In this document: positions 47,501-59,500 of the stretch, piece after piece
Numbering within the stretch: the first letter of the stretch is position 1
Layout: each line of letters opens with the position of its first letter
NCBI RefSeq assembly: GCF_036365525.1
Contig: NC_090407.1
Span: forward strand, 22,410,084-22,474,083
DNA from: Heterodontus francisci
Taxonomy: Eukaryota
Length of the DNA: 64,000 bases
Direction of reading: 5' to 3'
Translations under genes and position numbers: made by a program
The notes under the pieces: generated by a model
The model's database searches: none
What the model was told of the DNA's origin: nothing
The model's input: only the letters and a program-made list of their open reading frames with translations

Positions 47501-50500
47501 CACGCAGATAAAGACAGAAAAAGTAGAAAAGAATAAAGGGGGAAAAGTTTGAGGCAATAGATGTGTTTCTGTTTTACTGTCCTTTGAGTTTGCTGTGGAG
47601 TCTTTGGTGGGCCCATTGCACGCTTCAATTTGTTTCGAGGGTGAAGCCTTTTCTGTCTAGAGGTTTACATGTATTCCGTGGGTCCGGTGGCTTGGGAGAA
47701 AGCGAGAGAGAGAGACGGCGGCTTCGTTGTTCCAGCTTCAGTTGCACACTAAACTTCTGTTCCATTCTCTGTGGCACAATTCAAAACAAACCCCAGGTTG
47801 CTCAGCAGGTTAGTCATATGACTAGCTCCTTATTTGGGAACAGTGTCTCCTGCGAGAGGTTTGTGGATTTCAAAGCTCTCGGTGGGGGTGGGGGTGGTGG
47901 CTGTAGGGCTGTCTCTTACTGATAAGATGTGGAACCATTGTCAGACCAATCTCCCTGTTAATTGAATCAGTGAACAATTGCTTTGTCTCTCCAAGCACTG
48001 TCTCTTAGTATGCAAATGTTCTTCCAGCCAAGTGTCTGGTGATTTTCAAATCAATCATTTCTTCACTCCAGCAACAGTTTAAAATCAATGTTTGTATGAC
48101 CAAATCAGTCTGCCTCAATCTTGGCAAGTGGGGGTCTGCATGACAATACATTGACAATTTAATGCTGCACTTGTTGGAGTTGCTGTCTTTTGGACGTGTG
48201 ATTAAGCCGAGGCCCCATCTGCCTGTCAGGTGGACATAGAAGATCCCATGGCATTTTCTTGAAGAAGATTAGGGGAGTTCTCTTGGTGTCTGGCCAGTAT
48301 TTACCTCTCGATGTATGAGACTTTGTTGTGTGCAAATTAGTGGTCGTGTTTGCCTACGTTACAACAATGATAGCATTCCAGAAGTACTTATTTGATTGTG
48401 AAGTGCTTTGGGATGTCCTGAGGATATGAAAAGCACAATGTAAAATGTGAATCGTTTTTAAATGGGCTGTAGTGCACCATTGATCTCCAACTGTCCATCA
48501 CAGGCGATGAAGGCTGGGACATGTCAATGTCTGGGCTAATGTATGAAAGATGGGGGTGACCAGTGCTTGAGCATCACAGCAGGAGTCTGGGTTTAGGAAA
48601 GGAAAGATGAAAAGTAATTTTAAAAAAAATCAAGAACCTTGAAAGGCTTTGTCTGAATACAAATTTTTTCCTGAGTTTATGTTAAATTATTCTGACTGTA
48701 AATGCATTACATTTTCTGCTGTTTGATCTGTCCCATTTTCGTCACTACTTCCTCTCCAGAAACACCTGATCCTCTTGATCAAGGGCCTATGCACTGGTTG
48801 CAGCCGACTGGACAGGACTGAGATCATTACCTTCACAGCGATGATGAAGTCAGCCAAACTTCCGATGACAATAAAGACTCTCTCAGATGGTAAGCCCTTG
48901 AATTGGGAAGTTAAGATTATTTTCTGGTTACAGTTAATTTTTGCACAGGTAGTTGTCGAAGTTTTGTGGAACTTGTTTCTTATTAGTGAATCTCTTTACA
49001 CAGTGGAGGATCAGAAAGACTCTGCTCCAATGACACCTGAACTCCGACAGAAGGAAGTACAAATGAATTTCTTAAGCCAATTGACCTCCGTTTTCAACCC
49101 TGATGTGTCAGCCTCGTCTGCCCCTCCTCCCGTGGTTCAGGTAGGGACCTTGGTAAAGTAATACTGCACCTTTTCATGCAGGCCTTGTTAACAATGTTCC
49201 CTCTAAACTGCCTGGGTGGAATGGGCCATGTAGGGAACGAACAGCAACTTATGTTTATATGGTGCCTTTAACATAATAAACACAAACACCATTCCCTTTA
49301 AGATGCGCACATGCATGGCCATGCATTGATCTTGAAGGGATTGTGCAGTGCAACAATCCGGCCGCGCACAACAAACAGAAGTCTGAGGGAACGTTGCATG
49401 TTAATGGCTATAAAATAATAGGATAGTGCCGTGTGGGTGGAGAATACCTGATGTTGCAGATGCTATGGAGTATTAATAAAGGTGTGATGTAGCGCATAGC
49501 ATACTTGATTGCTGCATCTAAAAAATCTAAATGGTGGATCCTTTCAGAATGAAATTATATAAACAGTTATGTACAGCATACTGTATTTGACCTAGTATAA
49601 AGGCTTTTTGTTAGGTACCTGTTTGAAACAACACTTGAGCTCTAAAATTTTTTGAACCTAAAAGACGCAAGTTAATTATTTAAAGGACATGAATTTTGGG
49701 AAACAAAACATTTCGTTTGTTTTGCACTCCTCATCAGTATAAAGCTTTGCAGATTATGTATAGCATGGTAAGCACCCTCACCCTCTGTCCTAGCATAGGA
49801 AGAGGAGGCCATTCAGCCTCTCGATCCTGTTCCGTCACTTAATTAAATGATTAACCTTAACCTTAACTGTACCTTAACTCCATCCACCCACCTTTTCAAA
49901 TTCAGGGGTCTTGTATTCTGTATTGGAAGCGTACCTTTCGCTGCACCAATGCAATGCACCTGTGAACTCCCTTCCTACCAGCACTGTGGGTATATCTACA
50001 CCCCAAGGACTGCAGCGGTTCAAGAAGGCAGCTCACCACAACCTTCTCAATTAGGGATGGGCAATAAATGCTGGCCTTGCCAGCAACACCCACATCCCAT
50101 GAATGAGTAAAACAAAAATTAGTCACGAGCGCCATTTTTTTGAATGTCTGCCAGTTTATTGGAAGTTAGTGCTGAATTATTAGCTGCGTTGTTGTGTAGA
50201 CTTGTACCTGCTGGAAGCTGGGTCAGAACTCTCTCAAACTAAGTTCACTTATCTCCCTTTTCAACTGTTGAATATGGATTCAGATCCAGGCTTAAGATGA
50301 AAGTGCAGTGTTCCAGCCCTGCGACTTGGTCCCAAAAAATTTCTGTTTTGTATCTGGTGATGTTTCATCCGAGTGTAACTAGCTCTGCAGATGGTTAGAA
50401 GGTGGTTGAAGGCAGGTGGAATAAAGAGATTTGACCGATGGGGTGAGCATATGGGCTTAGAACTACAGCTTGTGTGGAGGGTTAAACACTGCGCAGATTG

Positions 50501-53500
50501 GTATGGTCAAGGAACTTGTTTCCATGTCGTAATTTCTGTGTATTTTTATCTGTCAGGTGGATGGAGAAAACGATGAGCAGACTGGAACTGATCAAGCAAC
50601 AGTTGCTAAAATGAAAAGTGCATTTATTTCACAGAATGTGTCCAGTTTGCAAGCGCTGGGTGAGTTTAAAATAAATTCCATGATAGTCATTCATGTAATG
50701 TGATGAGTTTTTATCATAAATGCAAGAATTGTTTTCAGTGAATAGAGGAGGATCAGCAAAGAATCTTTGAAAAAGCTGCTGCATCTTCAAAAGTAGTTAT
50801 TCTGAATTGACAGTTTCTGTTTGTTATTGAGATACTTGGGCTTTGTTGAATTCAATCTTCGCAAATATTCAGAACACACCACTTTCTTTGAACAATCATC
50901 TGCAGGATATAGTGCAGCCTTTCTGATTCCCCTCACCCCACTTTCCTCCCCTCCTCCCAAAGGCATTGATTCCTGCTGTGGTGCCATTTTACAGGCACTA
51001 GCATCAATCCCTTACCTTATTCAGGTGCTCATTTTTTATATGTGAGCTTTGAGTTTCAGCAGACCTCTTTCCAAAATGTGGAAGCCATCATATCTCAATC
51101 ACTGTCCACCAGATAGTGATCAGGAAAAGGAACCATGGCAGATTATTTTTTTCCTTCCCTAGTCCAGAGGTGCTGAGGCTAATTACAGCTACTCCGATCA
51201 GCTACCTCAACACAACAGGGATCACACTTGTGACTGGTTCATGTATTTACCCAGAGGGGAGCTTTCTGGCCCCTTCATACGCACTCACTAGACAGCTCTC
51301 TTTAAAGACTCATTAGGGTTGGTTCCTTGGTTAAGTATAAACTGACTTCAGCCAGGAACAGGAGGAGGCCATTTAGCCTTGCAAGCCTGTTCTGCCATTC
51401 GATGAGTTTGTGGCTGATCTATGATCTAATGTCATATACAGTTTAAAGAAAGGTTTGTAATCTGAGTTACTCCACATTCAAATAGCAAAGTTAGGGGTGT
51501 GGCCTTTATTATTCTTAGATGCTGCCTAAACAACGATCCCACAGATTTAGAAACAAGCACTTGTTATAAGGAGACAATGGCAGCACAGGCAGTGCATCAG
51601 GACTGCAGAATGTGTCTTATTTGTTGGCATTGCGACAGTTCTGGGAGATCATAGCTGTGGGTAATGTTTACGTTGAGTCAGCTCAGCTTGTTGAGCTGGA
51701 GTGTGAAAGAGAGACACTTGGACATATAAGGAAGGGGGAAGTCACACCACAGAGAGAGACAGGCACAGGAAGAGGAGTGTGTGACTGACAGTCAGCAGAG
51801 TAGGCGAACATAGTGGGGTTACAATAAAAAAAAAGCATGAATTTCTGTAAGGAAGGTCATGTTTAACTAATCTTATTGGATTCTTTGAAAAAGTAACAAG
51901 TAACAGATATTGGCAATGTAAACATAAGAACAGGGTGTGTTGAGTTGGGGCTCAGGGAGCAGAATGGATTGAAGGATGGCTACAAAACCGAAAGCAGAGT
52001 CTAGGAGTTAAGGCAAGTTTCTCAGACATACAGAAAGTGGGAAATGGTGTCCCACAGGGACCATTGTTGCTTACCATAAGCATAAATTGATTTGATATAA
52101 ATTGAAAAATGGACGTATGTGTGTGGAAATTTGCATGATAAATAATGGGTATGTGACTAATGTGGAGGACGGTACCAAAACGGTGGAAGATAAGAATGCA
52201 GGCTTGCAGCGTCACATATAGGCAGACCGGGTGGCAGGATTTCTTCCCTAAAGAGCATTGGTGAACTAGTTGAGTTTTTATGACAATCCGATGGCTTCAT
52301 GGTCACTGCTCTGATACCAGCATTTTATTCCAGACTTGTTCATTTTAATTGAATTCAATTTCTCACTGCCATGAGGGATTTCTCTGGATTACTTGTCCAG
52401 TAACATACCCACTGTACTATTGTATTGTTGTTTAGTGTAAGTCTAAGTACATTACATGTACTGCATTCCATTTTTCAATGCAACCTTTCATTTCCTTTAA
52501 GAATTTCGATTAAATTAGTGAGGTGTGACCTGTGCTTTACAAATCCTTATTGACTGTCTCTAATTAGTCCATCTTCTATGGTCTGTAGCAGTTTCTCCAC
52601 TAAAAATGTAAGGTTAACAGATTTACAATGGCCTTGCTTATCTCTTTTCCCTTTTTTAATGGGAGTGTAACATTCACCACCTTCCAGTTCTTTGGTACAA
52701 TTTCTGTTTTCAAAATATTTCAGTTAATGCCTCTGATCTCAGAGTGGATAGGAACAGTTTACTTGTATTAGATCTAGCTTATGTTAAAGACAGACAGTCT
52801 GAATGTGCTTGCTCGTAGTTGCCATACAGATGGTTAGTCTGCATGTATTGGATCTAGTTTAGTGTACAGGTGCATGGTTTGCTTGGTGAATTTAGTTCAG
52901 TGTTAAAAGAGGAATGTTGACTTTTTCCTTTGGCCTATTGTAGGAGGCTCTGAGAAGTTACTACGTGTCTGTTTAAACCTTCCCTACTTCCTGCGCTACA
53001 TCAACCGTTTCCAGGATGCCGTCTCTGCCAATTCCTTTTTCATAATGCCTGCGACAGTTGCAGACGCAACTGCTGTGCGAAATGGGTGAGTCATGAACGC
53101 TCATTGAGAACTGACAGATGTGATTCCTGATCAGATCATTGGTTAAAAAGGCCACGAGGTATTGATGTGGAGTAACATAAATCTGATCACTTTCTTGGTC
53201 CACATTGACTGTCAAAGTAAAGGCTCTTTTTGAATGGGTTGTGATGGTTAGCTCTGGTGAAATTAGTCTGGTTTCGAAGGATCTGATCTCTACTTTTAAT
53301 TCTGATGTATGTAGATTTTTGCTTTCTCTAATGCTTGGTTTTCTAAAGACTTTATTGCTGTTTCTCCAGATTCCATTCCCTGGTTATTGATGTTACCATG
53401 GCTCTGGACACACTCTCGTTGCCTGTCCTTGAGCCACTGACTCCTACAAGGCTGCAAGATGTGACTGTATTGGCGTTGAGTTGTCTGTATGCAGGTCAGT

Positions 53501-56500
53501 GTTTGAAAGAATAAAGCAACTTCCCAGTATTGGGTAGCATAAGGTAACATTTAAAGAATGAATGCTTACTTTAAATGCCATTGTTCATAAGAAATGGAGT
53601 GTGGGATCTGCCTAGGGTACCGAAGAGAGTCTATCATGACTTGTCTTTTTCACATTGTGAGGTGTTTCAGTAGCTGATAGTTGAATGTTACTGCCATCTT
53701 GGTAACTTGTGCAACATTTGTGATCACTTGTCATTTGAGTTAACCACCTAGAGATGGTGATTTTTTCACATTAGGACCATATTACCATGTGATATATTCA
53801 GTACAATAATCCTTTGGCAGAGTTCCTGCTTCGTTTTCCCATCACAGTAGAAATGTTTTTTTTCCACAGAATTGTTATAGCGTTCGTTCTTTTCATATGA
53901 CAGTCTAATTCCGTTTTGAATGTTTCAATTGAATCTGCCTGCACCACACTTTCAGACAGTGCATTCCAAACCTTAAACACTCGCTGGGTGACAACGTTTT
54001 TTGTCATGTCACTTTTGCTTCTTTTACCAAATACTTTAAATCTGTGCCCTCTCGTATTCAATCCTTTTACAAATGGGAACAGTTTCTCCTCATCTACTCT
54101 GTCTAGACCCCTCATGATTTTGAGTACCTCTATCAAATCTCCTCTCAGCTTTCTCTTCTCCAAGGAAGTCCTGACTTCTCCAATCTATCTTCATAACTGA
54201 AGTTCCTCATCCCTGGAACCATTCTCATGAATCTTTTCTGCATTCTCTCCAGTGCCTTCACATTTCTCCTAAAGACCAGATCTGGGCACAGTATTCCAGC
54301 TGAGGATGAACTAGTGTCTTATACAAGTTTAACATAACCTCCTTGCTCTTGTACTCTGTGCCCCTATTAATAAAGCCCACAATGCTGTATGCTTTATTAA
54401 CTGCTCTCTCAACCTGTCCTGCCACCTTCAATGACTTATGCACATATAGACCCAGGTCCCTCTGCTCCTGCATCCCCTTTAGAATTGTGCTCTTTATTTT
54501 ATATTGTCTCTTCATGTTCTTCCTACTAAAATGAATCACTTCACATTTCTCTGCTTTGATCTTCATCTGCCGCCAACTTATCTATGTTCTTTTGAAGTTC
54601 TGCACTATCCTCCTCACATTCACAATGCTTCCAAGTTTCGTATCATCTGCAAACTTTGAAATTGTGCTCTGTACACTAAGGTCTAGCTCATTAATATATT
54701 ATCAGGAAGAACCTTATTTTTGACAGTCTACAAAGTTGCAATCAGTGCACAAAATCTAATCCAGATTTTGGATATGGTGGAAATTGCGGAGGCATTGGCC
54801 ATCATCATCCAGTCCTCTTGCAGGGGTGGTGCCAGAGGGCTGGAGAATTGCAAGTGTTACATCCTTGTTCAAAAAAGGATGTAAGGATAAGTCCAGCAAC
54901 TGCAGGCTAGTCAGTTAACCATGGTGGTGGGAAAGCTTTTAGAAACGATATTTCGGGACAAATGTAGATTAATTAAGGAAAGCCAGCATGGATTTGTTAA
55001 GGGCATATTGTGTTGAACTAACATGCTTGGGTTTTTTTGATGAGGTAACACAGAGGGTGGATGAGGGTAATAAAGTCATATACAGCACAGAAGGAGGCCA
55101 TTTGGCCCATCCAATCCATGCCGGCTCTCCACAGAGCTATCCAGTCAGTCCCAGAACCTGCTCGATCCCCATAGCTGTGCAAGTTTATTTCTTTCAAGTG
55201 GCAATCCAATTTCCTTTTGAAGTTTTCAGGAGCTAGGGAGGAAGTTAAAGAGTAGGACCTCGAAGGTAGTAACCTCTGGATTACTCCCAGTGCCACACGC
55301 TGGCAAGAGCAGAAATAGAAAGATAGGGAGGATCAGTGCATGGTGCAGGAGAGAGAGCTTCAGATTCTTGGGGCATTGACAGTTCTGGGGCAGAATGCAC
55401 CAATTCAAAAGGGACGGTTTGCACCTCAACAGGACTGAGACCAGTGTCCTCATAGGGAGATTTACTAGTGTGATTTGGGAGGGTTTAAATTAAATTGGCA
55501 GGGGGATGGGCATCAGGGTATAGTAGTAGAAAGAAGTGTATAATATGAGAGTGTTAGACAGTACTAAAGGGAGTAGTTCTATATTAGATAAAAGTGGACT
55601 GAGAAAGACTATGAGGAATGCAAAGACAGGATTACAGTGCATGAGTGTAAACCCACAAAGTGTGGTGAAGAAGGTTGGTGAGCTACAAGCACAAAGAGCA
55701 GTATGGGAATATGATGTGGCAATAATGGAAAGGTGACTTAAAAATGGCGAGAACTGGGCACTTAATATACAAGGATATAAAGTGTTCAGAAAAGATACGG
55801 ATGGCAAAAATAGGGATGGAATAAAGGGACAAGGGTGGCTGTACTGATTAGGGAAGATATTGCAGTGTTGTAAAGGGAGGATGTCCTTGAGGGGGCAAGG
55901 GCAGAATCCATTTGATTGGAGTTGAGAAGCAAAAAGGATACGATCACATTACTTTGGGGTATTCTATAGGCCTCCAAATAGTGAGCGATAGAGTAGCAAA
56001 ACTGCAGAGAAATCAGAGATGTGTAAGAACTATGGAGTGGTGATATTGGGGGACTTCAATTACCCAAATATCGATTAGGATAATTTTAGAGTAAAGAAAA
56101 GGAGTGATAGGAATTTCTGAAATGCGTTCGGGAGAACTTCCTTGATCAGTGTTTTCTCAGCCCAACTAGAAAGAAAGCATGGCTGGATCTCATGCTGGGA
56201 AATGAGGTGAGCCAAGTGGACCAAGTGTCTGTTGCGAAGCACTTGGGTAAGAGTAATCATTGTATCATAAAGTTTAGATTAATAATGCAGGAAAACAAGG
56301 AATGAAATATGGTTGAACGTCTAGATTGGCAAAGGCTAATTTTCTCACAAGTAGGGATCTAGGCAGGGTAGAATGGAATCAAAGACTGACAGGCAAAGCT
56401 GTAGTGGAACAGTGGGGTATCTTTACGAAAGAGATGCTTCAGATACAGCTTAGGTACATTCCAACTAGGTCGAAAGGTAAGGGAACCAAAAACAGGGCTC

Positions 56501-59500
56501 CTTGGATGACGAGGGAGATAAAATTATGATGAAACAAAAAAAAGAGGGTGTATGATGCATGTCAGGTGAATTCTTCAAGTGAGAACCATGGCTTGTACAA
56601 TAAGTTGAGAGGGGAGGTGAAGAGGAAAATGAGACTGGCAAAGAGAGAATATGAGAATAGATTGGCAGTCAACATAAAAGGGAACCCAAAAATCTTCGAC
56701 CAGCGTGTAAATAGTAAATGGATCGTTAGAGGTGGAATGGGGCCTGTTAGGGACAAAGAGAATAATATATGCTTAGAGGTGTAGGGCAAGGTGTTGTGAA
56801 CATGGACTTCCAAAAGGCATTTGATAAATTGTTATGTGACAGGCTTATCAGTAAAGTTAAAGCTATGGAATAAAAGGGACAGTGGCAACTTGGATAAGAA
56901 GTTGGCTGAGTGACAGGAAACAGAGTATTGCTTTTCTTGACCTTTATTAATGACCTAGACTTTGGTGTACAGAGCGCAATTTCAAAATTTGCAAATACGT
57001 CCATATGCACATATGAATTAGGAGCAGGAGTAGGCCCCTCGAGCCTGCTCTGCTATTTAGTAAGTTCATGGCTGAACTGATTACTCACATTTCCACCTAC
57101 CCCGATAGCCTTTCACCCCCTTGTTTATTAAAAATCTATCTAGCTCTGCCATAAAAATATTCAAAGACTCTGCTTCCACCGCCTTTTGAGGAGGAGAATT
57201 CAAAAGACTCACGACCCTTTGAGAGAAAAAATTTCTCCCCTTCTCTGTCTTAAGTGGGCAACCCCTTATTTTTAAACAGTGACCCCTAGTTCAAGATTCT
57301 CCTACAAGGGGAAACATCCTTTCCACATCCATTCTGTCAAGACCCCTCAGGATCTTATATGTTTCAATCAAGTCGCCTCTTACTCTTCTAAACTCCAGCA
57401 GATACAAGCCTAGCTTGTCCAATCTTTCCTCATAAGACAGTCCACCCATTCCAGATATTAGTCTAGTAAACATTCTCTGTACTGCCTCCAACACATTCAC
57501 ATCCTTCCTTAAATAAGGAGACCAGTACTGTACACAGTACTCCAGATGTGGTCTCACCAATGCCCTGTATAGCTGAAGCATAACCTCCCTACTTTTTAGA
57601 TTAGATTAGAGAGATACAGCACTGAAACAGGCCCTTCGGCCCACCGAGTCTGTGTATTCAGTTCCCCTTGTGATAAATGATAACATTCTATTAGCTTTCC
57701 TAATTACGTGCTGTACCTGCATACTAACCATTTGCGATTCATGCACTAGGACACCCAGATCCCTCTGCATCTCAGAGCTCTGCAATCTCTCACCTTTTAA
57801 ATAATATGCTGCTTTTTTATTGTTCCTGCCAAAATGGACAATTTCACATTTTCCCACATTATACTCCATTTTCCATGTCTTTGCCCACTCACTTAACCTA
57901 TCTATATCCCTTTGTACCCTCATTATGTCCTCTTCACAACTTACTTTCCTATCTATCTTTGTGTCATCAGCAAATTTAGCAACCATACCTTTGGTCCCTT
58001 CATCCAAGTCATTTATATAAATTGCAAAAAGTTGAGGCCCCAGCACAGATCCCTGTGGCACACCACTCGTTACATCTTGCCAACCAGAAAATGACCCATT
58101 TATGCCTACTCTGTTTCTTGTTAGCTAGCCAATCTTCTATCCGTGCCCATATGTTACCCCCTACACCATGAGCTTTTATTTTTTGCAATAACATTTGATG
58201 TGGCACCTTATCAAATGCCTTCTGGAAATTTAAGTGCAATACATCACCAGTTCCCCTTCATCCACAGCACATGTAACTCCCTCAAAGAACAGCTCAAGAT
58301 GACACAAAACTTGCAAGTGTTGTGAACTGTGAGGAGGATAGTGATATACGTCAAGAATAGTTGGACAGGCTGGTGGAATGGGCATATAAGTGGCAGATGA
58401 CATTTAATGCAGAGAAGTGTGAAGTGATTTATTTTAATAGGAAGAACAAGGAGAGGCAGTAGAAAATAAAGGATGCAATTCTAAAGACGGTAGACGCCAA
58501 TGGCCATCTCCAACAAGAGAGAATCTAACCATCTTCTCTTGACATTCAGTGGCATTACCATCGCTGAATCCCCCACTATCAACATCCGAGGGACTACCAT
58601 TGACCAGAAACTGAACTGGAGTAGCCATAAAAATACCGTTGCTACAAGAGCAGTTCAGAGGCTAGGAATCCTGCGGCGAGTAACTCATCTCCTGACTCCC
58701 CAAAGCCTGTCCACCATCTACACGGCACAAGTCAGGAGTGTGATGGAATACTCTCCACTTGCCTAGAAGGGTGCAGCTCCAACCACACTCAAGAAGCTCG
58801 ACGCCATCCAGGACAAAGCAGACGGCTTGATTGGCACCCCATCCACTAACATTCACTCCCTCCACCACCGATGTACAGTGGCAGCAGTGTGTACCATCTA
58901 CAAGATGCAGTGCAGCAACGCACCAAGGCTCCTTAGACAGCACCTTCCAAACCCGCAACCTCTACCACCTAGAAGGACAAGGGCATCAAATGCATGGGAA
59001 CACCACCACCTGCAAGTTCCCCTCCAAGTCACACACCATCCTGACTTGGAAATATATTGCCGTTCCTTCACTGTCGCTGGGTCTAAATCCTGGAACTCCC
59101 TTCCTAACAGCATTGTGGATGTACCTACCTTACATGGACTGCAGCGGTTCAAGAAAGCAGCTCACCACCACCTTCTCAAGGGCAATTAGGGATGGGCATT
59201 AAATGCTGGCCTAGCCAATGACGCCCACATTTCATGAATGAATTAAAAAAAAAAAAGAGGAGCAGAGGGTCCTGTGGGTATATGTGCACAAATCATTGAA
59301 GGGCAGGGCAGGTTGAGAAAGCAGTTAATAAAGCATACAGGATCCTGGGCTTTACAAATAGGGGCATAGAGTACAAAAGCAAAGAGGATATGATGAACTT
59401 GTATAAAACCCTGGTTTGGCCTCAAATGGAGTATTGTGTCCAAATCTGGGTATGACAGTTTAGAAAGGATGTGAAGGCGCATACAAGATTCACAGAATGT

